DNA of 64,000 nt, taken from positions 2,378,240-2,442,239 of the forward strand of contig OZ245791.1 of the NCBI GenBank assembly GCA_965228125.1. Reading direction: 5' to 3'. The DNA comes from Victivallales bacterium (lineage in GTDB: Bacteria; Verrucomicrobiota; Lentisphaeria; Victivallales; GWF2-38-69). The stretch's first letter is position 1. Every line of letters begins with the position of its first letter. This document shows, piece after piece, positions 44,205 through 54,228 of the stretch. The notes beneath the pieces are model-generated. The model was not told the DNA's origin. It made no database searches and saw only the letters and a list, made by a program, of their open reading frames with translations. The translations under genes were made by a program, and so were the position numbers.

Positions 44205-44540
44205 TTAATTGCCGTTTGATAGAACAATTGTAAAATGACTTGTTCTTTTGCGGATTCTGCCCGCCATACCTCTAGCTTTTGGTCTAAAGCGCCTCATTGT
44301 AGGAGCCGGACCAACAACTGCTTCTTTCACGACCAGACTGTTTTTGTCCAGGTCAAAATTATTCTCAGCATTTGCTACTGCCGAGCGTAAGGTCTTGGCC
44401 ATCAAGCGAGCCGCCTTTCTTGGAATAAGGTCGACTGTGCTTAGAGCCTCGATCGCGCTTTTTCCCTGAAGAAGCCTGGCTACCTGCCTGGCTTTATCGG
44501 GAGCGATCTTTACATACTTAGTAATTGCTCTTACTTCCAT
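44205..44540 (-). CDS. rplV: 50S ribosomal protein L22
   Basis: L22 pattern (ISP.KARQVARLL.GK...A) and position upstream of rpsC. Confidence 0.95.
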   Translation of the reverse strand: MEVRAITKYVKIAPDKARQVARLLQGKSAIEALSTVDLIPRKAARLMAKTLRSAVANAENNFDLDKNSLVVKEAVVGPAPTMRRFRPKARGMAGRIRKRTSHFTIVLSNGN

Positions 44541-44558
44541 AAAATTTGTTATCCGTTT

Positions 44559-45287
44559 CTAATTGCTATTTGTTAAATGTTTTGCTTTCATTCCCGATGA
44601 TATTTTGCTGAAATCGCCTTTTGTGACAATAGCGGCAGAAGCGTAAGGTCTTACTGCTATAACTTTCACTATGGCATTATCGGCATCTGGTATCACCCAA
44701 ACTGTTCCGGCTTTTGATTTGTCAAGGAACCCAGTTCCCAAAACAACGACCTGAAGGTTGCTGTTTGATTCAAGGATAGCGCACTCTGTAACATTTTGAG
44801 CAGCGCTTTGTCCTTTTAGAGTCATGCCGTATTCACCGGCATCTTCTCTTAACTCGTCCAGCCGTAACTTTATTTTCAGTTTCTCCTCGTAAGTTATCGG
44901 CATGTCATTGATCTTGCCGTCCAGATATTTGCATAGGTCAAATACTCTGTTTACCAGGAATAAACCATTTCTGGAGTTTTCTTCGAGATCTTCAATAGTG
45001 TCGAGATATCTATCGCTTAAGTCGGTATCGGTTATACCCGAAACGGCATCGGCGAGAAACATATTGTACTTGAGGAAGTCTCGTCTCTCCTTCTCTGCTT
45101 TTAAAAGAGCATCTGCCAACGCGACAATGGAAGAATCAGAAGCCTGGTTCTTCGAAATTCGGTTAAGCGTATCAAGAGAAACTGAGTTATTATCGCTTTT
45201 AGCGTGCAGAAAATCCGCATAGACAAACGAGGCGTAAAACATAACCAAGAGAAGAACACATTTCCAACTCGCTTTTAAAAAAAACAT
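44559..45287 (-). CDS. Hypothetical secreted protein
   Basis: 242-aa ORF with a signal-peptide-like N-terminus (VLLLVMFYASFVYA). It ends 18 nt upstream of the rplV start. I recognise no family. Confidence 0.6.
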   Translation of the reverse strand: MFFLKASWKCVLLLVMFYASFVYADFLHAKSDNNSVSLDTLNRISKNQASDSSIVALADALLKAEKERRDFLKYNMFLADAVSGITDTDLSDRYLDTIEDLEENSRNGLFLVNRVFDLCKYLDGKINDMPITYEEKLKIKLRLDELREDAGEYGMTLKGQSAAQNVTECAILESNSNLQVVVLGTGFLDKSKAGTVWVIPDADNAIVKVIAVRPYASAAIVTKGDFSKISSGMKAKHLTNSN

Positions 45288-45304
45288 AAAAATCTTTTAA
45301 AAAC

Positions 45305-47830
45305 CTATTGATTGTATTTTTGGGCAAGCTTTTCCAGTGCGTGTAACTGTTTTGCACTTAAGCTCTTTTTTGAGGTAAACTGTTTCTTAAGAGAAGAATA
45401 AAAATCATAATCTTTGATTTTTCTTTTCTTATCCTCGTTCCATTGCGAAACTTTATCCAGTTTTTCAAAAAGGGCTTCTATTTCCTTATCTTTTTCAGGA
45501 GTAGACATGCTTTTTTGCTCCTTTTCTTCCAAATCCTTATCTGTAATATTTAAAACAGAAGAGATTTCATCAAACGGGTAAATTCTGTCTTTGTTTTTGA
45601 CAGCGATTCTTTTTAATACATAGATTTGTTTAGAGGAGAGATATCTTCCACTTTGAACCTGTTCATTCAGGGAATTCACGAAACTATTTTCATCGAATCC
45701 TCCTTCGGGAGATTGGATTAGATCGGAATTCTTTATTATGCCTACAATAGTTTTGAATTCTTTAAGGTTTTCAGCTTTTTCGCTGTTGAGCTTTTCACGT
45801 TCTTCGCTTTCTGTTTGTATTTGAGACACTGTTTGGTCAAAATCAGTTTTGAGTTTGAACTTTGTAATGTAATTGTCAAAATCTTTGATCTTTGAGGAAT
45901 ACTTGGTCAATATTCTTAGTATTGCTCCAAACTGTTTTGCAGTTAGCGCTTTGTTTTTCTTGTATTGTCTTAAAACTGAAGAAAAGAATTTCTTGTCATC
46001 AAAAACACGTCCTGTTTTTTTCTCAGGTGTTTCCCATTCGGAAAATTCTTCAAGGAGTTTGATGGCTGCCTCTGCTTTGTCTTCGGGAGGGGCAGCTTCG
46101 TATTTTGCGTTATTAAGCCAAGCTTGAAGGTTTTTATAGAAATCTTTTATCATAGTAGTCCAATTGACGCCGCCTGTCTCAATACTATCGAGCTTTTCTT
46201 CCATTTCTGCCGTGAAGCTTATATTGAGCAAGTCAGGGAACGTTGATACAAGGAAGTCATTTACTTTAAACCCGAGTTCATGTGGGATAAGCTTGCCTTC
46301 TTTCTTTTCAACATATTTTCTGTTTTGGATGGTGTTTACTATTGTGGCGTATGTAGATGGCCTGCCGATTCCATTGGATTCCAACTCTTTGATAAGGGAT
46401 GGTTCGGTATATCTTGGCGGCGGTTCCGTGAATTTCTGTTCTTTTGTGAGTTCATCTAGTGTGCAAACATCATTTTCTTTCACTAACTGGAGGAAGTTAT
46501 ATAAATTTTCCTTTTCGTCAGCTTCTTCTGAGTCTTTGTCAGAATAGACCACTCCATACCCTTGGAATATTGTAATCGTGGCAATAGTTCGGAATGTATA
46601 TTCGGACTTCCCCCCTTTGCTGTTCGTATCAATAGTTGTTCTGGACAGCTCAGCCTGAGACATTTGGCTTGCAACAAACCTTTTCCAAATAAGCCTATAC
46701 AAATTCAGTTGATCCCTTGAGAGAAATTTGGACATCTCTTCAGGCGTGTTATTGACATCGGTTGGCCTTATGGCCTCGTGGGCTTCTTGAGCGGAAGATT
46801 TATTTTTATAATAATTTGGTTTGGCGGGTATGAATTTCTCGCCGTACTTCGAGATTATGAAATCCCTGCAATTGTTCTGAGCATCCTTGGATATTGTGAA
46901 GGAGTCTGTCCTCATATAAGTGATCAAACCTGATTGTTCTCCTGAATCATTTTGAATGCCTTCATATAACTGTTGGGCTATTTGCATAGTTTTAGTCGCA
47001 GAGAATCTGAGGGAAGAGCCTGCCGACTGTTGGAGGGAACTGGTGATAAATGGCGGAGGCGCAGATTTTCTTACAGGCTCGGTTTTGGCAGAAGATATTC
47101 GGTGGTTATTAGAATTTATTATTTCATCATAGGCAGCTTGAGCGTCTTGAGTATTTGAAATGTCTAACTTTTTACCGTTTATCTGAAACAGTTTTGCTTC
47201 GTAAATCCTTTCGGCTTTATTGTCGTGGATAAACTTTGCGCCAAAATCCCAATATTCTTTAGGCTTAAAATTCTGAATCTCTCTTTCTCGCTCGCAAACT
47301 ATTCTTAGCGCAACTGATTGAACTCTTCCTGCGCTGATATTTTTTTCTATTCTGGACCATAGCAAGGGGCTTACCTGATATCCTACAAGCCTGTCAAGGA
47401 CTCTCCTTGCCTGTTGTGAATCCACCAAGTCCTGATTAACTTCTCTTGTTTCTTCGAAAGCCTTCTTTATAGCGCCTCTGGTGATTTCATGAAATTCGAC
47501 CCTATGAAAAGGGGCCTTGGTTTTTTTTGAAAGAATTTCTTTGATGTGCCAGGATATAGCTTCTCCTTCGCGGTCCGGGTCAGTAGCCAGATAGATATTA
47601 GCGGCGTTTTCTGCCGCAGAAGTCAGAGCCTTGACAGTTGAAGTCTTCGAGGTTACGTACTCTGGTTTGAAGTTATTTTTGATGTTGATTCCCAGAGAGC
47701 TTTTAGGAAGGTCTCTGATATGTCCCATGGACGCTATTAAAGTGTAATCTTTTCCAAGCATCGGAGCGATTGTTCTGGCTTTTGTGGGGGATTCGACTAT
47801 TACAAGATTCTTGTCTTTCGGGCTTGTCAT
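45305..47830 (-). CDS. topA: DNA topoisomerase I (type IA) with a Cys-free repeat C-terminal region
   Basis: Toprim start LVIVESPTKA, the DPDREGE motif and a catalytic-Tyr region YITYMRTDS. The start was set at MTSPKDKNL (47830). The C-terminal ~250 aa lack any Cys. Confidence 0.95.
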   Translation of the reverse strand: MTSPKDKNLVIVESPTKARTIAPMLGKDYTLIASMGHIRDLPKSSLGINIKNNFKPEYVTSKTSTVKALTSAAENAANIYLATDPDREGEAISWHIKEILSKKTKAPFHRVEFHEITRGAIKKAFEETREVNQDLVDSQQARRVLDRLVGYQVSPLLWSRIEKNISAGRVQSVALRIVCEREREIQNFKPKEYWDFGAKFIHDNKAERIYEAKLFQINGKKLDISNTQDAQAAYDEIINSNNHRISSAKTEPVRKSAPPPFITSSLQQSAGSSLRFSATKTMQIAQQLYEGIQNDSGEQSGLITYMRTDSFTISKDAQNNCRDFIISKYGEKFIPAKPNYYKNKSSAQEAHEAIRPTDVNNTPEEMSKFLSRDQLNLYRLIWKRFVASQMSQAELSRTTIDTNSKGGKSEYTFRTIATITIFQGYGVVYSDKDSEEADEKENLYNFLQLVKENDVCTLDELTKEQKFTEPPPRYTEPSLIKELESNGIGRPSTYATIVNTIQNRKYVEKKEGKLIPHELGFKVNDFLVSTFPDLLNISFTAEMEEKLDSIETGGVNWTTMIKDFYKNLQAWLNNAKYEAAPPEDKAEAAIKLLEEFSEWETPEKKTGRVFDDKKFFSSVLRQYKKNKALTAKQFGAILRILTKYSSKIKDFDNYITKFKLKTDFDQTVSQIQTESEEREKLNSEKAENLKEFKTIVGIIKNSDLIQSPEGGFDENSFVNSLNEQVQSGRYLSSKQIYVLKRIAVKNKDRIYPFDEISSVLNITDKDLEEKEQKSMSTPEKDKEIEALFEKLDKVSQWNEDKKRKIKDYDFYSSLKKQFTSKKSLSAKQLHALEKLAQKYNQ

Positions 47831-48038
47831 GATTTGCTCGAACCTTTTTGGTTTTTTGAAAAAATTTAAGTTTATAAAAATTTTACAATTCGCATAACTG
47901 TATTGTTTTGTCAAACTGTTTATAACTAAAAAAAATATTCTTTCGCATTAATCGGGGTGATATTTCTAAATAAAACATTTATACTAAGCAGGGTTTTTAT
48001 CAATTAATAAAACTTCTATATACCAATAAGGAGAACTA

Positions 48039-49085
48039 ATGGCTAACAAAAGTTATAAGATTGCTGTAATTCCCGGTGATGGAATTGGTCCTGAAGTTAC
48101 TAATGTAGCTTTTGAAGTGCTTCAGAAAGTCTCAAAAAGACATAGTGTTACGTATTTGGAAAGAGTATTTCCTTTTGGCGGCGAGCATTATTTAAGAACA
48201 GGTGAAGTGCTGTCAGATAATTCAATAAATGAGCTTAAGAAATATGATGTTATTTATATGGGAGCTATCGGTTCTCCGAAAGTTAAGCCAGGCATATTGG
48301 AGAAAGGTATACTTCTTAATATCAGGTTTACTCTGGATCAGTATATAAATCTACGCCCTGTCAAACTCTATCCTGGTGTTGATACTCCTATCAAAGATAA
48401 GGGGCCAGCGGATATAGATTTTGTAGTAGTAAGAGAAAACTCCGGCGGAATTTATTCTGGAATCGGAGGGGTTATGATGAAAGGCACCAAGGACGAAGTA
48501 GCTATCAATTCTATGGTTTATAACCACAAACAGGTAGAAAGGTGTGTAAGATATGCCTTTGAAATAGCCAAGAACAGGCCAAGAAAGCTAATAGCCCTGA
48601 TCGGAAAGACCAATGTCCTTACTTATGTGTTTGATCTTTGGGAGAGGATATATAACGAAATTGGCAATGCGGAATATCCTGATATAAAAAGGGAATACTA
48701 TCATGTAGATGCTGCATGCATGCACATGATAAAGAATCCGGAAAAATTTGATGTAATGGTGACCACCAATATGTTTGGCGATGTTATCACAGATATTGGC
48801 GCAGTGATCCAGGGCGGGATGGGAATGGCAGCCAGCGGCAACCTTAATCCTACTAAAATTGCTCCGTCTATGTTTGAACCTGTTCACGGCTCAGCTCCTG
48901 ATATAGCAGGGCAAAACAAAGCCAATCCCATAGCAGCAATAATGAGTATGAAAATGATGCTTGAATTTCTAGGGGAGAATGCGGCAGGTAATGACATAGA
49001 CAAGGCTTTGAGTGAAGTCACTCCAATGAATCTGGAAAGAATGTCAACCAGGGATATAGCCAAAGCTGTATTGGATAACATTTAA
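48039..49085 (+). CDS. Isopropylmalate/tartrate dehydrogenase family oxidoreductase
   Basis: KIAVIPGDGIGPEV, NLRP and NMFGDVITD motifs. AAGGAG RBS. The substrate cannot be assigned from sequence alone. Confidence 0.8.
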   Translation: MANKSYKIAVIPGDGIGPEVTNVAFEVLQKVSKRHSVTYLERVFPFGGEHYLRTGEVLSDNSINELKKYDVIYMGAIGSPKVKPGILEKGILLNIRFTLDQYINLRPVKLYPGVDTPIKDKGPADIDFVVVRENSGGIYSGIGGVMMKGTKDEVAINSMVYNHKQVERCVRYAFEIAKNRPRKLIALIGKTNVLTYVFDLWERIYNEIGNAEYPDIKREYYHVDAACMHMIKNPEKFDVMVTTNMFGDVITDIGAVIQGGMGMAASGNLNPTKIAPSMFEPVHGSAPDIAGQNKANPIAAIMSMKMMLEFLGENAAGNDIDKALSEVTPMNLERMSTRDIAKAVLDNI

Positions 49086-49228
49086 AATCCTCAGGTAAAA
49101 ACCAAGAGGGGCTATATGAATCAACGTGCGGCAAAACTTTGGAAGAATTACCGTTGAGTTATTTGTGAACTCTGCTTTTCAGTTTGTAAAGCTTGAAATC
49201 TCAAAGAAAGTTTAAGTCAATAGCTTTC

Positions 49229-49786
49229 TTAAATTAGCGCTTCTTTATTTGTAAGGGAAAAATTCTTGAAAGAGTTTTTCCCTATCTCGTTTTCGAGCAG
49301 ATATAGTTTTAATTTTACGCCAGATCCGAAGTTTCCAAGTGATAAGTCCGATCTAATTACCCTGTGACAAGGAATTACAAGAGGGAATTGATTGGATGCC
49401 ATAGCTGTCCCTACAGCTCTAGAAGCTTTAGGATTTCCAGTTAGCTCTGCTAATTTGTGGTAGGTAATGACTTTTCCGTGTTTGACTTTGTCGAACAAAG
49501 TTTCAAGAACTTTCCTGTAGTAAGTTGGGATTTGTTCTAGAGACAAAATACTTTTATCTATATCCAAAGGAGTTCCATCTGCGAAATATTTTTTGATCTT
49601 GTTTTCTATCGAGTCTAAAAAGTAGTTTACGGGGATGCTTTCATTATTTTTGTTGGCGATAAGAGGTGTTTTTTCCAGCTTGCTATTCATGCAAATTCCC
49701 AGGATTTTAAAAGAAGGTTTATCTTTATATTCAATCTTAATCTCACAAACTTCTGTTTGGATAATTCTGCAGATAGTGTTGCTCAT
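49229..49786 (-). CDS. ogt: Methylated-DNA--protein-cysteine methyltransferase
   Basis: IPCHRVI active-site motif with the preceding helix-turn-helix region (TYHKLAELTGNPKASRAVG). Confidence 0.85.
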   Translation of the reverse strand: MSNTICRIIQTEVCEIKIEYKDKPSFKILGICMNSKLEKTPLIANKNNESIPVNYFLDSIENKIKKYFADGTPLDIDKSILSLEQIPTYYRKVLETLFDKVKHGKVITYHKLAELTGNPKASRAVGTAMASNQFPLVIPCHRVIRSDLSLGNFGSGVKLKLYLLENEIGKNSFKNFSLTNKEALI

Positions 49787-49881
49787 AAAACTAGCCTATA
49801 ATTAAAGATAATATTGTTTTTAAAACTAAACTAAAGAATATGTTAAATTCTCTAATTATTCAAAATCTTTAAAAATAAGAT

Positions 49882-50211
49882 GTGAAAATTATGAAAAAAT
49901 ATTTAAGGATAGATTTTTACGTTCCATTATCGCATTTGGAGATAGTGAAGAAGTCGCTGTTTGATGCCGGCGCCGGAAAATTGGGTAAGTACGATAACTG
50001 TTCTTGGGAGACTTTGGGCAGAGGGCAATTCCGGCCTTTACAAGGAAGCGATCCTTTTATAGGTAAGGAAGGGGTTGTTGAATATGTCGAAGAATATAAA
50101 GTTGAAATGATCTTTCCTGCCGATTTGAAGGAAAAAGTAATAACAGCTCTTAAGAGTTCTCATCCTTACGAAGAGGTGGCTTTTCAGATCATAGAGATAT
50201 TTGCGAATTGA
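49882..50211 (+). CDS. Nif3-insert/YqfO C-terminal-like small protein (COG3323-like)
   Basis: The ~105-aa pattern FYVP..H.E.V...L...GAG..G.Y..CS....G.G.F.P..G..PFIG resembles the PII-like domain of YqfO/Nif3 relatives. The start may be ATG 49891. Confidence 0.5.
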   Translation: MKIMKKYLRIDFYVPLSHLEIVKKSLFDAGAGKLGKYDNCSWETLGRGQFRPLQGSDPFIGKEGVVEYVEEYKVEMIFPADLKEKVITALKSSHPYEEVAFQIIEIFAN

Positions 50212-50223
50212 GGTTTCTGATTT

Positions 50224-51690
50224 ATGGAGAAGCTAATATTAATATTTTCGATACTTATCATATTGAGCGTCTTTTCGGCCAAGGTTTCCAAAAAGTTTAA
50301 CATTCCTTTGCTTGTTATTTTTATATTTATCGGAATGTTGGCTGGTTCTGATGGAATAGGGTGGATCAATTACGATGATCCCCATTCTGCATTTTTTATA
50401 GCGACTATTTCTTTGTGTATCATTCTTTTTGCAGGTGGGCTTGAAACAGATGTAAGAGGAATTAAACCAGTTATTAAAGAGGGTCTGGCATTATCTATCC
50501 TAGGAGTCTTTCTTAGTGTAATCTTTTTTGCTATTCCCATCCATTTTTTGACTGATCTGGGATGGAAACTATCATTTCTTGCTTCTGCTACCGTGGCTTC
50601 TACTGATGCGGCAGCAGTGTTTTCGTTATTGAAATTCAGCGGGTTAAATATCAAACCGAAAGTGAAAAATATAATAGAGTTTGAATCGGGAAGCAATGAT
50701 CCTATAGCATATGTAATGGTGATATTGTTTATCGCACTAGTTAAAGGTGATGATGGATCATTATGGCATTATGTCTATTATTTCCTCAAAGAGTTGATTA
50801 TTGGTGGACTTATGGGACTCATTCTGGGATACGTTGCCGAAAAATTTTTAGAAAAGCTAAACTTAGATATAGAGGCCTTATACCCTATTCTTCTGTTAGG
50901 AGCACTGGGGGTTACGTATTCTGCCACAGAGCTTGTCCAAGGGAATGGTTTTCTTGCGATATACATTCTCGGATTGTTTATAAGTTCCAAAAAATTTGTA
51001 CATAAAAACAATAGTATCAGATTTTTTTCAGTTTTGTCATGGACGATGCAGATTTTCTTATTCCTGTGTCTGGGGTTGCTTGTGTTTCCAAACCAATTAA
51101 TTGACTTCGCCTGGATAGGTTTACTTCTAGCTGTGTTTATGGTTTTTGTTGTGCGGCCACTAAGTGTTTTTCTTTCTATGTCGTTTTTTAGGGATAAACA
51201 CTCTAATAAAAGTAAGTTATTTATTTCACTTGGAGGATTCAAGGGAGCAGTAGCTATTGTTTTTGCTATTTTCACTATGGTGGAAGGTGTGCCCCACGCA
51301 GAGACAATTTTTAATCTTATATTCTTCATCGTTCTGGTCTCTGTAGTAATACAGGGCAGCAGTCTTAAATATCTGGCAGAAAAATTAGGGGTAAAAGTAG
51401 ATAAAAAGTCATCTATTAAAGAGGGAGCAAATACCGTAGATCTTGACTATTTAGAGAATAATATGTTTGAAATGACTATTACAGAATCTTCGCCTTTTGT
51501 CAACAAAACAGTTTCTGAATTGGTTATGCCATATGAAATTCTGGTTACATTGATTAAAAGTAATGGTTTATACATCCATCCTAAAGGAAATACACTTTTA
51601 AAACTAGGCGATCAGATTACGATAATGTGCAGAGAGAAAGAGAATCTGCTTAAATATATTTCCAAGAGAGACCCAAGCGCTCTGACGTAA
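50224..51690 (+). CDS. K+/H+ (cation/proton) antiporter, NhaP2/CvrA-like, with C-terminal TrkA-C domain
   Basis: CPA1-type 12-13 TM core followed by a soluble C-terminal RCK_C-like domain (V.EL.MP.EILVTLIK..G....P.G.T.L..GD.I). Confidence 0.8.
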   Translation: MEKLILIFSILIILSVFSAKVSKKFNIPLLVIFIFIGMLAGSDGIGWINYDDPHSAFFIATISLCIILFAGGLETDVRGIKPVIKEGLALSILGVFLSVIFFAIPIHFLTDLGWKLSFLASATVASTDAAAVFSLLKFSGLNIKPKVKNIIEFESGSNDPIAYVMVILFIALVKGDDGSLWHYVYYFLKELIIGGLMGLILGYVAEKFLEKLNLDIEALYPILLLGALGVTYSATELVQGNGFLAIYILGLFISSKKFVHKNNSIRFFSVLSWTMQIFLFLCLGLLVFPNQLIDFAWIGLLLAVFMVFVVRPLSVFLSMSFFRDKHSNKSKLFISLGGFKGAVAIVFAIFTMVEGVPHAETIFNLIFFIVLVSVVIQGSSLKYLAEKLGVKVDKKSSIKEGANTVDLDYLENNMFEMTITESSPFVNKTVSELVMPYEILVTLIKSNGLYIHPKGNTLLKLGDQITIMCREKENLLKYISKRDPSALT

Positions 51691-51717
51691 CATAAAATTC
51701 TTTATTAGGAGATAATC

Positions 51718-52356
51718 ATGCTGTTTTGTCAATTATTATTCACTAACCCAAAATTTTATCTGTTATGGATACTGCTTGTTCTTTTTTCCATATGGGTACA
51801 CGAATCTGCGCATGCATTGACGGCTTTGCGTCAGGGTGATGATACAGCCTATAGAAATGGCTATCTGGTTCCAAACCCCTTAAAATTGATGGGGATTCCG
51901 GCACTAATAGCATTATTGTTGGTCGGAATAACATGGGGTAGCGTACCTGTCGATTACAGAAGACTTAAAAAGGGAAGGATGAGTCCCTTTCTTGTGGCTG
52001 TCTCCGGACCTGTTTCTAATCTAGTATTATTTCTAACCTTCTCGTTTGCCGGCACTTTGGTTTTTAAGGCAACCGGTGGCAATGTGGACAGCATCGTATT
52101 TCAGGCAATGATTATTGGGGCTGTTCTTAACATCGTGTTATTTGTTGTCAATCTGGTGCCTGTCCCTCCTCTTGATGGATGGATAATCGCTATCTGTCTA
52201 TTCCCGTCTATCGTTAAAATTAATCAGGAACTCAGAAATGGCATAATGTTTGGACTATTTGCTTTGGTGTTTCTGTCTTTTAGCTATCTGTTTGTGTATG
52301 GTCAGTATATTGTGGTATTTACCATGAAGATATTTGCGTCAATGATAGGCTTTTAA
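51718..52356 (+). CDS. Site-2 protease (M50) family membrane metalloprotease
   Basis: HESAH (HExxH) in the first TM region and NLVPVPPLDG (the second conserved M50 motif). Confidence 0.8.
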   Translation: MLFCQLLFTNPKFYLLWILLVLFSIWVHESAHALTALRQGDDTAYRNGYLVPNPLKLMGIPALIALLLVGITWGSVPVDYRRLKKGRMSPFLVAVSGPVSNLVLFLTFSFAGTLVFKATGGNVDSIVFQAMIIGAVLNIVLFVVNLVPVPPLDGWIIAICLFPSIVKINQELRNGIMFGLFALVFLSFSYLFVYGQYIVVFTMKIFASMIGF

Positions 52357-52371
52357 TTAAATAGAAAAAAA

Positions 52372-52399
52372 AAGGACAGCCAGAATTCTGGCTGTCCTT
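52372..52399. terminator. Bidirectional intrinsic terminator hairpin
   Basis: Perfect palindrome AAGGACAGCCAGAATTCTGGCTGTCCTT preceded by an A-run, between convergent genes. Confidence 0.75.
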
Positions 52400-52415
52400 A
52401 GTAGTCAATATAAAA

Positions 52416-52619
52416 CTACTTTGCGAGATATGCTTCTCTCTTAGTTTCAAGCATAGCACCGACTTGGTCAAAGTCGATAGGAGTATATCCTTTTTCGGTC
52501 AGATAATCACAGAAATCTGTCCATCCCTGATGATCCCATACCCCATTGTTCTTTTTGATGAAGTTCATGATGATATTTGTACGGGACAACTTTTTGAGGT
52601 TTTCAGCTTTTTTATCCAT
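52416..52619 (-). CDS. Hypothetical small protein (67 aa)
   Basis: ORF with a plausible start and a terminator downstream. No family recognised. Confidence 0.45.
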   Translation of the reverse strand: MDKKAENLKKLSRTNIIMNFIKKNNGVWDHQGWTDFCDYLTEKGYTPIDFDQVGAMLETKREAYLAK

Positions 52620-52771
52620 GTGTTATTTCTCCTTATTGTATTTCACATAGGTCATTTATCCAGAAAAACTCAACCACTTTTTTAATGGACAAACAACCAA
52701 ACTTTCGTGAATATAGCATCTCCCCTAGCATTGTCAAGGATGTGATTATTATGCCTTTGCTTTCAGAAAAA

Positions 52772-54073
52772 TTATTCTCCGCTGAAATCAGGTCTTACAG
52801 GTTTCGGAAGCTTGGTCCTGCATTTCTTTTTATCCACGACAGTCAGCCATGTTCCCTTTTCCGTGTCAAGGTCTACAACAGTGTATTTTGCCTCATCTTC
52901 CTTTCTGTTGAAACCTATCATTGTATGCGGAGGAATTTCGTTGTGTTTATCTATGATTGCATTTCTGATTTTGCAATGTTCTCCGATTACTACTCCGTCT
53001 ACCAGCAGCGAGTTATGGACTGTAGCATAACTGTGGACTTTAACTAAGCCGAAGAGAATTGAATCAACCACTGTTCCGCCGGATATTATGCATCCGCCCG
53101 ACACTAATGAATTGATAGCTTTACCGATTCTAGGAACTCCGGCAGCACCTATTTCTTCATTATGAACGAATTTGGCAGGAGGCAGGCTCTTGTTGTAATT
53201 ATAGATAGGCCATTTTTCATTATAGAGGTCAAGAGCAGGAGTTGCTTCTCTTAGGTCCATATTAGCTTCGAAGAATGCTTTCAGGCAGCCTACATCTTTC
53301 CAGTACGGTGTGCCTGACAGGCCTTCTATCACATTTGTGTGGAAGTTGTAAGCAAACAGTTTGCCGCCTCCAACCAATGATGGAAGAATGTTCTTTCCGA
53401 AGTCGTGACTGCTGTTTTTTTCCTTAGCATCTTTTTTAAGTAAAAGAACCAAGTCTCTTGAGTTGAAAATATAGTTACCCATGGAAGCCAAAGCCATTTT
53501 TGGATTACCCGGGATTGGTTGTGGGTTCTTTGGTTTTTCCTGGAATCCAATTATCCTCCAGTTTTCATCCACTTGAATGACGCCGAACTCACTTGCTTCT
53601 TCTAGAGGCACAGGAATTGCAGCTACAGTGGCTATAGCTCCTTTTTCTTCGTGGAAGTCTACCATTTGGCTCATATCCATTCTGTAGATATGGTCGCCGC
53701 CGAATATTGCGACTAGATCTGGAGAAAAGTCTTCAATGAGATGGATGTTCTGATATATAGCATCAGCTGTACCTACATACCAGTGCCTGTCTTCTGTTTG
53801 CATTTGAGCAGGAACTGGAACCACAAACTGAGAACCGAATTTGGAAGAAGTATTCCATCCATTGATGATGTGCTCGGTCAAACTTTGTGATTTAAATTGT
53901 GTGATTACGAAAACTGCGCCGATTCCGCTGTTTATGAAATTGCTAAGCACGAAGTCAATGATTCTGTACTTTCCCCCAAATGGTACAGCCGGTTTAGCTC
54001 TTTCTTTTGTTAGTGGGAAAAGCCTTGTGCCTTCTCCGCCAGCCATTATCATCCCTAGTACAGTTTTACGCAT
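52772..54073 (-). CDS. glgC: Glucose-1-phosphate adenylyltransferase
   Basis: GMIMAGGEGTRLFPLTKERAKPAVPFGGKYRIIDF N-terminus and a left-handed beta-helix C-terminus. Confidence 0.95.
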   Translation of the reverse strand: MRKTVLGMIMAGGEGTRLFPLTKERAKPAVPFGGKYRIIDFVLSNFINSGIGAVFVITQFKSQSLTEHIINGWNTSSKFGSQFVVPVPAQMQTEDRHWYVGTADAIYQNIHLIEDFSPDLVAIFGGDHIYRMDMSQMVDFHEEKGAIATVAAIPVPLEEASEFGVIQVDENWRIIGFQEKPKNPQPIPGNPKMALASMGNYIFNSRDLVLLLKKDAKEKNSSHDFGKNILPSLVGGGKLFAYNFHTNVIEGLSGTPYWKDVGCLKAFFEANMDLREATPALDLYNEKWPIYNYNKSLPPAKFVHNEEIGAAGVPRIGKAINSLVSGGCIISGGTVVDSILFGLVKVHSYATVHNSLLVDGVVIGEHCKIRNAIIDKHNEIPPHTMIGFNRKEDEAKYTVVDLDTEKGTWLTVVDKKKCRTKLPKPVRPDFSGE

Positions 54074-54228
54074 ATGTAGCCTCCTTTGTTTGTTGATTTA
54101 GTGATTTGAAATATTTTCAAACAAGCTCTTTAAAACACGAGTATATTGTTTTATAATTCCTTTTCAACGATGCTAAACCAAAAAAAATATAACATTAGAG
54201 AAACAACCAAAAACAAAGGTGACACATT

